From assembly GCF_963921235.1 (NCBI RefSeq), contig NC_086097.1:209066001-209130000 (forward strand): a DNA stretch of 64,000 nucleotides. The letters run 5' to 3'. The notes under the pieces were generated by a model. It did no database searches, had not been told where the DNA came from, and saw only the letters and a list, made by a program, of their open reading frames with translations. Positions 25,010 to 37,164 of the stretch are shown one piece after another. A program made the translations under genes and the position numbers. Position 1 is the stretch's first letter, and each line of letters starts with the position of its first letter. The DNA comes from Mobula hypostoma. Taxonomy: Eukaryota.

Positions 25010-25745
25010 TATCAGCATATAGGAGGGAGACTGAAAATCTGGCTGAGTGGTGCCACAACAACAACCTCTCACGCAAAGTCAGCAAGGTCAAGGAGCTGAT
25101 TATTGACTTCAGGAGGAGGAAACTGGAGGTCCATGAGCCAGTCTTCATCAGGGGATCAGAGGTGGGGAGGGTCAGCAACTTTAAATTCTTTGGTGTTATC
25201 ATTTCAGAGGACCTGTACTGAGTCCAGCATGTGAGTAGAATTACAAGGAAAACACAGCAGTGCCTTTATTTCCTTAGAAGTTTGTGACATTTCAGTGCGA
25301 CACCTAATACTTCGACAAACTTCTATATATTGACTGTTTGCATCACAGGATGGTATGGAAACAACAATGCACTTGAAAGGAAATTCCTACAAAAAGTAGT
25401 GGATATGGCCCAGTCCATCATGGGTAAAGCCCTTCTACCACTGAGCTCATCTACACAGAGTGAAGTCACGGGAAAGCAGCATCTATCATCAGGGAACCCC
25501 CCCCCCCACCCCCACCACCCAGGTCATGCTCGCTTCTCACTGCTGCCATTAGGAAGAGTGTACAAGAGCTTCAGGGCTCATACTTCCAGGTTCAGGAACA
25601 GTTATTACCCCCTCAATCATTAGGCTGTTAAACCAGCAGGGACATCTTCACTGAACTACACTTACATCATCACTGAACTGTTCCCACAACCTATGGACTC
25701 ACTTTCCAGGACACTTCACCTCAAGTTATTGATATATATTGCTTA

Positions 25746-25776
<31 letters not shown>

Positions 25777-25975
25777 CTCTTTTGTATTTCAACAGCTGTT
25801 TGTCTTTTGCACACTGGTTATTTGTCCACCCTGTTGGGTACAGTCTTTTATTGATTTTATTATACTTTTTGGATTTACTGAGTATGCCTCCAAGAAAACG
25901 AATCTCAGGGTTGTATATGATGACATATATGTACTTTGAAAATAAACTTATTTGAACTTTTGTTTGAACTTTGAA
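25010..25975 (+). mobile_element. Rex1/Babar-like LINE 3' part with (TTTGAAC)-type tail
   Basis: EWCHNNNLS...CITGWYGN...RFRNSYYP, then a distinct 3' UTR ending tttgaactttgaa. Confidence 0.85.
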
Positions 25976-26886
25976 GTAATTTGCTTTAGTACTTCTGCAG
26001 GTGATGAACTTCATCTAAATGTAATTAGGCTCCTTATATAAAGTCTTCAAGATTCTTCATCCATGATTGGAATATCTAATTTAAATAATAAGGTTAAGTA
26101 AGTGCTAATAAAGACCTCAAACATAGATGGAAAATACCAATCACAACAAAAATTAATTATGAAATCACTGTCAACATATTATTCGATAACAAATAGGAAT
26201 TAAGCAGATGAACTCCCTAACCATAATATTATTTCAGTTCAATGGATTTACCGGCACTTTACTGTCACTTTCCGTTCTTGTGTTAATGAGCAAATTTGTG
26301 TATTCATGCCAATTGCTGGCAACTTGATAGTTGTCAGACAGATACACAAATGAATGACTTGTCACCATCACAGCTGAGATAATTACACTGCTTTTCTTTG
26401 TAGAAACTTGTCATTTTCAGCAGATCTAATTTAGTTAAAATATTGTTCAAGAGATTTATGAGGAGATACATTTTCTCAGCTAGACCAGGTGAAGAATAAT
26501 ACATTTACTACTGTCGAAATCCATTCCTTCTGCATTTGCCTTTGGAAAATCTCTGCTCCAGCCTAATTCCATACTCCATGTAACATTCCATACAAGCATG
26601 TTACTTGTTTGGTTGTCTATTTGATCAATTACTCCTCAATTTAATCTTTAATACCTTGTTTCAAATCTTCTTTCATATCCAATCATCAAAGTCCTATTTC
26701 TCCACTGTCAAGCACGCTTCAATTAATGTAAATTGGTCCAAGTTAGATAATATAGTGTACAAGGACCATCTTGGAGCACAAAGCAGATCATAAGATTTTC
26801 AAGATCTACCTCACATTGTTTGTTCAGGACTCTGCTAGAGTATCTCTATTTTGTTATGTCAGCTCCTGACCTGTTAAATTTAAAAG

Positions 26887-27380
26887 CGCAAACGAAGCCA
26901 CACTCAGGTTGGAGGAACAACACTTTATATTCCGTCCGGATAGCCTCCAACCTGATGGTATGAACATCGACTTCTCTAACTTCTGCTAATGGCCCCCCCC
27001 CCCGTACCCCATCCGTTATTTATTTATACATACATTCTTTCTCTCACTCTCCTTTTTCTCCCTGTCCCTCTGACTATACCCCTTGCCCATCCTCTGGGCT
27101 CCCCCCACCCTTGTCTTTCTCCCTGGGCCTCCTGTCCCATGATCCTCTCATATCCCCTTTGCCAATCACCTGTCCAGCTCTTGGCTCCATCCCTCCCCCT
27201 CCTGTCTTCTCCTATCATTTTGGATCTCCCCCTCCCCCTCCCCCTCCCACTTTCAAATCTCTTACTAACTCTTCCTTCAATTAGTCCTGACGAAGGGTCT
27301 CGGCCTGAAACGTCGACTGTACCTCTTCCTAGAGATGCTGCCTGGCCTGCTGCGTTCACAGCAACTTTGATGTGTGTTGC
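26887..27380 (+). mobile_element. PLE 3' end + pseudo-LTR
   Basis: EATLRLEEQHFIF...DFSNF, pyrimidine-rich UTR and pseudo-LTR. Begins with cgcaaac like the inverted 5' tail at 12847. Imperfect flanking repeat cct(g/a)acctgttaa. Confidence 0.88.
27283..27318 (+). ncRNA. Minimal type-I hammerhead ribozyme, best-preserved copy
   Basis: AGTC-CTGACGA-AGG gtctcgg CCT-GAAAC-GTC^GACT: intact CUGAYGA and GAAA boxes and a GUC cleavage triplet (predicted cut after 27314). Confidence 0.78.
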
Positions 27381-27470
27381 CTAACCTGTTAATTTGAGTT
27401 TAGGGACGTACACATAGTTCATCCCTCCTCCTGGAAGCTGCTCTGGCAATCTCCTGCCCAATGTTAACCT

Positions 27471-28269
27471 GAGTCAATGGCACCTAACGACGACTTCTTT
27501 GCTTGTGTCTTCGGAAACAGCTCTATTTCCATCTTTAATATCTCTATTTTACCCCTTCAGGGTTCTTTTGAAGGCCCTGACTTGACGTTACGTGCTGACC
27601 ACGGTTCTTTGTGGGAATGGGACCCGCTCTCAGGGTTTCATGACTGGCCGTTATTCAACATGGCAAGGGCACCGCCTAAGAGCTTCACTCACCTTCGTAG
27701 GTCCGAGATTTCGTGGCTCTGGAGATGGGCGGATCGAAGGTCGGTGTCATGGCAGGAGATCGGTGTGTCATGGGAGTTGGAAGATCCTTTGCTGTGTGCC
27801 TAGAGACCTGAGATCTTTGGGCACAGAGATCAGAAAAAGTGACGCAACGGACATTTAACATTGTAAACCAGCGAGTTGTTTGTTACTTCTCCCCTCTCAC
27901 TATGAACGGAGACTCCTCTTTCTCCCTTATTAGGGAGAGAGAGAGAGCCTGTGGTATTTTGAATACCGGGTGAACAAGTAGACTTTGGGGTACTGCAGGT
28001 CTTTGCTGTTGCTTTGCTGCATGCTTGAGTGCTCGGTGGGGAGTACCAATGTGTTTTTTTTGCTGGTGGGGGAGGGGGGATCGTTGCTTGCTGCTGTTTA
28101 TGCGCCGGAGGGAGAGGAGCTGGGGGGACTTTAGGCTTCTAACATTTAACTGTCATTCATTCTTTGGGGGCACTCCTCTGTTTTTGTGTATGGTTGCAAA
28201 GAAAACACATTTCAGGACGTATATTGTATACCTTTCTCTGATGTTAAATGTACCTTTGAAACCTTTGAA
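27471..28269 (+). mobile_element. ~800-bp non-autonomous retroelement (copy 2)
   Basis: Homologous to 3982-4790. Starts caatggcacctaacgacgact and ends cctttgaaacctttgaa. Confidence 0.8.
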
Positions 28270-29394
28270 GTATATCTTGTGTTCACTGCCCCTGGTGTCA
28301 TGGAGCTAAGGAATGGAGAGGTGGTAAACCTTTTTCCTCTCTGTGCACTCATTGAATGGAAGATGGACCAACTGGTATAACAAGACACCACTGAGGAAGG
28401 ATAAGTTTTTAATATAAATCATTGGAGGAATCTCAGAATGCATGCGCATTTACACTAGCCTTTATTGAGGGTCAAAAAGCTTTGATATAATTAGAGAAAA
28501 ATAATAAAATAAATAATGTGTTTCTACAACCACACTCCAGAAATGTTATGCTCTGTTATGATCAATATACAATAACATATTGATAATCTATCCCTTTTGG
28601 TTCCAGACTAGCAGATTTTCTAAACAAGTAGGTTCAAAATATTTGTATCTTAGTGTACTCCTATTTCTATTGCTAAAAATGTTACATAGTGGTACAACAA
28701 TTTTTCCTCCAGTGAACTGGTGTGTTTAACAAGTTAAAGAAATAGAGCAAAGTAAGTTTCAGCTTGTCTCACCCATTCTCCTGAATCCAAACCCAGCTCT
28801 AGCCACATACCTCTATTCACACTCTGGGCTAATGAGTGAGCCAGATGATGCAGCTGGATCTCTGAGTGATTAAATACTGGATTGATCGAGTTTTACTGAA
28901 TTCCAACAGAATCTACATAGTTTGGGTCATTGTATTTTTTGTATAAGGCTAGCGACATATTTCAGCAATTCTGTATATTACAATGTTTAATGATTAAGTG
29001 GTTTCTGTGCATATTTTCTCTTGATATGTCATGCTACAATTAAAAAAAAGCAGTTTAATTAAAGCCTTATTCTGTAAACAATAATGATGGGAAGAGAGAA
29101 TTCAGGAAAATTGAAATTACAATCAAAAGGGCAGAATAAATTGCCAGAGCTATGGATTGACAAATATTTATCCCAGTCATAAAACAGTGGCTTGATCCTC
29201 TTTTTTATTTTCCAAATTTGGGAAAGCTCCATTGTATTGGAAGATAGTAAATGTAACTTCTACATTTGAAAATTTAATGGGACAGAAGGCTAGATGTCTT
29301 AACATAGGCTAGATGTGTATCGCAGAGAAATGATTAGACCAATTAGCAAAAAAAAATCCAGGCCACCAGGCAAAACCAACATAGTGTGCTGAAA

Positions 29395-29495
29395 AGATAA
29401 ACACAAGAGACTCCGCTGATGCTGTAAATCCTTACTAAGACACACTAAACCTATGCAGCCTGACCTTCTAAGCTCTTCCAGCTTTCTGTGGGTGC
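29395..29495. mobile_element. Degraded PLE fold-back mini-insertion
   Basis: aaacacaagagactccgctgatgctg tail followed by a reversed pseudo-LTR piece; flanked by gtgct(g/a)aaa. Confidence 0.5.
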
Positions 29496-29512
29496 TAAAA
29501 AGGAATTCCTTT

Positions 29513-32500
29513 TAGAAACAGAAACATAGAAAACCTACAGCACAATATAGGACCCTCAGCACACAAAGCTGTGCTGAACATGTCCCTACCTTAGAAATTA
29601 TCCAGAGTTACCCATAGCCTTCTATTTTTCTAAGCTCCATGTACATATCCAGGAGTCTCTTAAAAGACCCTATCGTATCTGCCTCCACCACGGTCGCCAG
29701 CAACCCATTCCAAGTACCTACAACTCTCTGTAAAAAACTTACCTCTGACATCTTCTCTGTACCTACTTCCAAGCACCTTAAAACTGTACCATCTAGCGCT
29801 AGTCATTTCAGCCCTGGGAAAAAGCCTTTGACTATCCACATGATCAATGCCTCTCATCATCTTGTACACCTCTATCAGGTCACCTCTCATCCTCTGTCGC
29901 TCCAAGGAGAAAAGGCGAAGTTCACTCAACCTATTCTCATAAGGCATGCTCCCCAATCCAGGCAACATCCTTGTAAATCTCCTCTGCACCCTTTCTATTC
30001 TTTCCACATACTTCCTGCAGTGAGGTGATCAGAATTGAGCACAGTACTCCAAGTGGGCCCTGACCAGGGTGCCATATAGCTGTAACATTACCTCTCGGCT
30101 CTTAAACTCAATCTCGTGGTTGATGAAGGCCAATGTACCATATAACATCTTAACCACAGAAACAATCTGCGCAGCAGCTACTTGGCCTACCAAAATGAAC
30201 CACTTCACACTTGTCTGGGTTGAACTCCATCTGCCACTTCTCAGCCCAGTTTTGCATCCTAACGATGTCCCGCTGTAACCTCTGACAGCACTCTACACTA
30301 TCCACAACACCCCCAACCTTTGTGTCATCATCAAATTTACTAACCCATCCCTCCACTTCCTCATCCAGGTCATTTATAAAAATCACGAAGAGAAGGAGTC
30401 CAAGAACAGATTCCTGAGGCACACCACTGGTAACTGGTCTCCATGCAGAATATGACCCATCTACAACCATTCTTTGCCTTCTGTGAGCAAGCCAATTCTG
30501 GATCCACAAAGCAATGACCCCTTGGATCCCGTGCCTCCTTACTTTCTCAATAAACCTTGCATGGGGTACCTTATCAAATGCCTTGCTGAAATCCATATAC
30601 ACTACATCTACTGCTCTACCTACATCAATGTGTTTAGTCACATCTTCAAAAAATTCAGTCAGTCTCGTAAGGCATGACCTGCCTTTGACAAAGCCATGCT
30701 GACTATTTCTAATCAGATTATGCCTCTCCAAATGTTCATAAATCCTGCCTCTCAAGATCTTCTCCATCATCTTCCCAATCACTGAGGTAAGACTGACTGG
30801 TCTATCATTTCCTGGGCTATCTCTTCTCCCTTTCTTAAATAAGGGAACAACATCCACAAACCTCCAATCCCCTAGAACCTCTGCCATCCCCATTGATGAT
30901 GCAAAAAGATCATTGCCAGAAGCTCAGCAATCTCCTCCCTCGCCTCAGACAGAAGCCTGGGGTACATCTTGTCTGGTCCCGGTGACTTATTCAACTTGAT
31001 GCTTTCCAAAAACTCCAGCACATCATCTTCCTTAATATCTACATGCTCAAGCTTTTCAGTCCACTGTAAGTCATCCCTATAATTGCCAAGATCTTTTTCC
31101 ATAGTGAATGCTGAAGGAAAGTATTCATTAAATACCTCTGCTATTTCCTCTGGTTCCATACACACTTTTCCACTGTCACACTTGATTAGTCCTCTTGTCT
31201 CTCATTTTATCCTATTGCTCTTCCCATACCTGAAGAATGCCTTGGGGTTTTCCTTAATCCTGTCTGCCAAGGCCTTCTCATGGCCCCTTCTGGCTCTCCT
31301 AATTTTATTCTTAAACTCCTTCCTGCTAGCCTTATAATCTTCTAGATATCTATCATTACCTAGTTTTTTGAACTTTTTGTAAGCTCTGCTTTTCTTCTTG
31401 ACTAGATTTACAACAGTTTTTGTACACCATGGTTCTTGTATCCTACCATACTTTCTCTGTCTCATTGGAACATACTTATGGAGAACCCCATGCAAATATC
31501 CCCTGAACATTTGCCACATTTCTTCCATACTTTTCCCGGAGAACATCTGTTTCCAATTTATGCTTCCAAGTTCCTGCCTGATAGCCTGGTATTTCCCCTT
31601 ACTCCATTTAACCATTTTCCTAACTTGTCTGTTCCTATCCCTCTGCAATGCTGTGGTAAAGGAGATAGAATTGTGATCACTATCTCCAAAATGCTCTCCC
31701 ACTGAGAGATCTGACTTCTGACCAGATTCATTTCCCAAAACCAGAGTGAGTACAGCCTCTCCTCTTGTAGGCTTATCTACAAATTGTGTCAAGAAACCTT
31801 CCTGGACACACCTAACAAACTCCACCCCATCTAAACCCCTCACTCTAAGGAGATGACAATCAATATTTGGGAAATTAGGATCTCCCACCACAACAACCCT
31901 GTTATGATTTTGAGACTTTTTTTTTACTGTGCCTATGGACTGCTCTTCATCAAATTATGGTATTGCTTTGTACTGCTGTAACTATATGGTATAATTATGT
32001 GGTTTTGTCAGTGTTAGTCTTTGGTCTGTCTTGTTTTCTGTGAGAAACATTGTATCATTTCTTAATACATGTATGCATTTCTAAATGACAATAAAAGTGG
32101 ACTGAGTGTTCTCATAATCTGATTATTATACCTTTCCAGAATCTATCCCCTTGTCTGCTTCTTGATGTCCCTGTTACTATTGGGTGGTCCATAAAAAACA
32201 CCCAGTAGAGTTATTGATCCCTTCCTGTTCCTAACTTCCACCCACAGAGACTCCGTAGACAATCCCTCCATTACTTACTCCTTTTCCGTAGCCATGACAC
32301 TATCTCTGATCAACAGTGCCACACCCCCACCTTTTTGCCTCCCTCCCTGTCCTTTCTGAAACATCTAAAGCCTGGCACTGCCCCTGAACCATCCAAGTCT
32401 CTGTAATGGCCACAGCATCATAGCGCCAAGTACTGATCCACACTCTAAGCTCATCCAATTTGTTCATAATACTCCTTGCATTAAAATAGACAGATCTCAA

Positions 32501-32857
32501 ACCACCGGTCTGAGCGCGTCCCTTTTCTATCACCTGCCTATCCTTCCTCTTGCACTGTCTCCAAGCTTTCTTTATTGGAGAGCCAACTGCCTCTTCCTCT
32601 GTTACTTCAGTTCAGTTCCCACCCCCCAGCAATTCTTGTTTAAACTCTCCCCAGAAGCCTTTGCAAACCTTCCTGCCGGGATATTGGACCCCTTGGGATT
32701 CAAGTGCAACCCGTCCTTTTTGTACAGGTTCACCTGCTCCAAAAGAGGTCCCAGTGATCCAGAAATCCGAATCCCTGCCCCCTGCTCCAATCCCTCAGCC
32801 GCGCATTTATCCTCCATCTCATTCTACTCCTATCACACTGTCACGTGGCACAGGCAG
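29513..32857 (-). mobile_element. CR1 LINE (family B), ORF1 tail + disrupted ORF2
   Basis: YKKDGLHLNPKG (ORF1 SGNH block), [33 protein letters not shown], (TTTCTATG) tail. Small deletion near 30180; insertion at 31907-32121. Confidence 0.93.
31907..32121 (+). mobile_element. 5'-truncated copy of the (AATCT)-tailed element, nested in CR1
   Basis: Aligns with ~1778-2000; the CR1 sequence resumes after it. Confidence 0.8.
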
Positions 32858-32894
32858 AATATAGGAATAGCTCTAGGAATTTTGAAATAGCTAC

Positions 32895-33960
32895 AGGAAT
32901 TTTGTCGTTCCTCGAAAAAGTAGTAAGTGCTCCTGATAAGGTGGGACTAATGGATGAGTGATATTTAAACATAAAGAAGGCATTTAATTAAAAGTTATGG
33001 AAAATGAAAGCTTGCTGCACAGCAAGAATTTTATTGGCATAGACGTAAGATTGGTTGGAATCAAATAGCTACTGATTGCCAAGGGTTTAATAAGAGGTAT
33101 GCCACAGGGATCAGTGCTTGTACCTCAGCTTTTATTAATTATGTAAGTTACTTGTATTATGACACTTCAGATATGATTACTAAATTTACTAATGATGTGA
33201 AGATAGTTAGAAAAGAAAGCACGTGTAGGTTACAAAGGGAAATAGACTTAGCTTTAGATATTGGTCAAAGATACAGCAGATAAAGTGTCATGTCAGACAA
33301 TATGACGCTGTTCACTTTGAGACAAAAAGGTATATCATTGAAATGTTAAAATTTTACAAAACTCAGGGATGTGATGGGTTCTGGGTTTCCTCATGCATGA
33401 TTTGCAGTGGGCCAGTAGAAGAGCCAAAAGTAATTAGAAAAACTAATTGAATGCTATCAGTTATTCTTTGCAGGGTTGAACACAAAAGTCGTGAGTTTAT
33501 GCTTCAGCCATGAAAGGTGTTCAATTGCTGAAGTAATGAACTACATTATTCCACTAATTTTCTAATAATTATGCACTTTCATATGTTTGCGTATATTTAA
33601 TCCTATTTTTTACACACTTTATTTTAAATAAAGGAACTGTGCTTCAATATAGTTAAAGTTAGACTTCAGAAATTGGGATTATTTTCCGTGAAGCAATGAT
33701 AGTTTAAAGGAGGCTTGATAAAGATGTTTGGGTTTATGATAGGATTACATGGAGAAAAGCTGTTCCCATTAGCTGTTCCCAAGGTGTGAGATAAAGCTTC
33801 CTTTTATGTAAGGAGCGGCTAATCTCTGATACTCGTTGCTTGTCATTGCAGTTGGAAGCACAATCAACTGTAGGTTATAAAAGAGAATGTAATTGGGTCA
33901 CAGGAAAAATGTGGGTGAATACGACTGAAGGAACAGATGAACGATTCCTTCCTCTGTTGT
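32895..33960 (+). mobile_element. Very old CR1 ORF2 remnant (5' part at ~29200-29510)
   Basis: Degenerate ggtatgccacagggatcagtgctt (GVPQGSVL) and actaaatttactaatgat (SKFADD-like). Confidence 0.55.
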
Positions 33961-34081
33961 AGAAGTCTTAAGATTCTGTGTTTGCTTAAAAAAGTTTAGA
34001 ATTCCCTGCATTAAGTAATGCCAAAATTCCACATCTTGTGTGGCTTCATCTTGGCAGTAGAGGAGGCCGTGGATAGACATA

Positions 34082-34820
34082 GAAACCATAGAAACCATAG
34101 AAACTACAGCACAGAAACAGGCCTTTTGGCCCTTCTTGGCTGTGCCGAACCATTTTTTGCCTAGTCCCACTGACCTGCACACGGACCATATCCCTCCATA
34201 CACCTCCCATCCATGTATCTGTCCAATTTATTCTTAAATGTTAAAAAAGAACCCTCATTTACCACCTCGTCTGGCAGCTCATTCCATACTCCCACCACTC
34301 TCTGTGTGAAGAAGCCCCCCACCAATGTTCCCTTTAAACTTTTGCCCCCTCACCCTAAACCCATGTCCTTTGGTTTTTTTCTCCCCTTGCCTCAGTGGAA
34401 AAAGCCTGCTTGCATTCACTCTATCTATACCCACATAATTTTATATACCTCTATCAAATCTCCCCTCATTCTTCTACGCTCCAGGGAATAAAGTCCCAAC
34501 CTATTCAACCTTTCTCTGTAACTAAGTTTCTCAAGTCCCGGCAATATCCTTGTAAACCTTCTCTGCACTCTTTCAACCTTATTTATATCCTTCCTGTAAT
34601 TTGGTGACCAAAACTGAACACGATACTCCAGATTCGGCCTCACCAATGCTTTATACAACCTTATCATAACATTCCAGCTCTTATACTCAATACTTTGATT
34701 AATAAAGGCCAATGTACCAAAAGCTCTCTTTACGACCCTATCTACCTGTGATGCCACTTTTAGGGAATTTTGTATCTGTATTCCCAGATCCCTCCGTTCC
34801 ACTGCACTCCTCAGTGCCTC
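34082..34820 (-). mobile_element. CR1 LINE (family C) 3' part inserted in a small PLE endonuclease fragment (34036-34074 + 34828-34855)
   Basis: RDLGIQIQNSLKVASQV...RPNLEYRVQFWSP; (TTTCTATGG)n tail; TSD agacata at 34075-34081 and 34821-34827. Confidence 0.9.
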
Positions 34821-35164
34821 AGACATATCAGAATGGGAATGGGATGTGGAATTAATATCACCTCCTTTCATTGTACATTGGTAGGTGGGGCATTTCCACC
34901 CTGTCACAGACAAAAATCAAATGTAAATAAACATCCTTACTCAGAAACAAACTGAGAGTTTGCATATTGCTCTTGGATTACTGCACCCAATAGACCCATG
35001 CCTTATTATTTAAGATCCTTGGAGATGTGGAAGCAAAAGATAATATCAGAAGGCATAGGAGCTAGTTTGTGTAATGTTACATTCTTGCTTCCAAATAATT
35101 TAGTTTCAATGAAAAATTAAGCATTTACAATATTTGGTGAGCTGATGCCCAGACAAATGCAGTT

Positions 35165-37164
35165 ACATTTAAAGACCTAGAACATCTCGTCATCCGTTTT
35201 ACCTACCACATGAGATTTCCGTGATCATTTTGGTGACGGTATATATTCCACCTCTGGCCAATGTCATTCAGGCTTTAGACGATCTGAGCAAAGGGATCAA
35301 CATGCACAAAACAGCGCACCCTAATGCCTTCACCATCATTTTGGGGGATGTTAACCAGGCCAGTCTGAAAGAAATCACTAAAAATTTACCATCAACAGAT
35401 CACTTGCAATACTAGAGGAAACAACACACTGGACAATTGTTACATCACCATCAAGAATGCCTACCGTGCTATTCCACGCCCTCACTTCGGGAAGTCTGAT
35501 TATCTGACTTTACTTCTACTCCTTGAGTATAGGCAGAGACAGAAGGCTGCAGCATCAGTAGTGAGGACCAAGAAGGTTTGGACAAGGGAAACACAGTAGC
35601 ACCTACAGGACTGCTTTAAATCGATGGTCTGGGCCGTATTCAGGGATTCATCTTTGAATCTGGATGAGTATGCTGCACTTGTTACCGACTTCATTAAAAG
35701 CTGTGTGGATAAATGTCTGCCTACAAAGACTTGCTGTACATTCCCAAACCAAAAGCTGTGGATGAATCAGGAGATATTTTATCTGCTGAAGGCTAGATCT
35801 GTGGCATTCAAGGCTGGTGACCCAGATCTGTACCAGAAAACCAGGAATGACATGCAGAAAGCTATTCCCAGGTTGAAGAAACAATTTCAATTTGGAGGTG
35901 ACATCGGATGTACGACAACTCTGGCAGGGTTTGCAAGACATTACATCCTACAAAGTGAAACCCAATAAAATGAATGGCAGTGATGCTTCACGACCAGATG
36001 AACTCAAAACTTTCTATGCCCGCTTTGAAAGGGCGAATATAACTACAGCTACGAAGATCCCTGCTGCACCCTCTGACCCTGTAATCTCAGTCTTGGAGGC
36101 TGATGTTAGGCTGCCTTGAAGGTGGGTGAACCCTCAGAAAGAAGATAGCCCCAGTAGAGTATCTGGTAAGGCTCTGAAAACCTATGCCAACCAACTGCTG
36201 GGAGTATTGAAGGACATTTTCAACCTCTCACTACTATGGGCGGAAGTTCCCACTTGCTTCAAAAAGGCAAAAATTATACCAGTGCCTAAGAAGAATAATG
36301 TGAGCTGCCTTAATGACTATCGCCCAGTATCACTCACATCTACAGTGATGAAATGCCTTGAGAGGTTGGTCATACTAGACTGAACTCCTGCCTCAGCAAG
36401 GACCCAAACCCACTGCAATTTGCCTATTCTCACAATAGGTCAATGGCAGGCGCATTCTCAATGGCTCTTCATTCGGCCTTAGACTACACCTATGTCAGGA
36501 TGCTGTTCATCGACTACAGCTTAGCAATTAACCCCATCATTCCCACAATCCTGATTGAGAAGTTACAGAACCTGGGCTTCTGTACTTCCCTCTGCAATTG
36601 GATCCTCGACTTCCTAACTGGAAGACTGCAATCTATGTGGATTGGTGATAATATGTCCTCCTCGCTGACGATCAACCTCAGGAGTGTGTACTTAGCCCAC
36701 TGCTCTACTCTCTCTATACCCACGACTGTGTGGCTAGGCATAGCTCGAATACCATCAACAAATTTGCAGATGATACAGCCATTGTTGGTAGAGTCTCAGA
36801 TGGAGGGAAGACGGTGTACAGGAGTGAGATATGCCAAACAGTGAAGTAGTGTCGCAGCAAAAACCTTGCACTCAATGTCAGTAAGACGAAAGAGCTAATT
36901 GTGGACTCTAGGAAGGTTAAGGTGAGGGAACACATACCAATCCTCATAGAGGGATCAGAAGTGGAGAGAGTGAGCAGCTTCAAGTTCCTAGGTGTCAAGA
37001 TCTCTGAGGACCTAACCTGATCCCGACATATCGATGTAGTCATAATGAAGGCAAGACAGTGACTATACTTTATTAGGAGTTTGAATAAATTTGGTATGTC
37101 AACAAGAACACTCCAAAATTTCTATAGATATACTGTGAAGAACATCACCGTTTACTGCATTACT
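35165..37164 (+). mobile_element. Rex1/Babar-like LINE, APE + RT (degraded), continues at 39115-39568
   Basis: VYIPPLAN...[46 protein letters not shown]. Confidence 0.9.
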
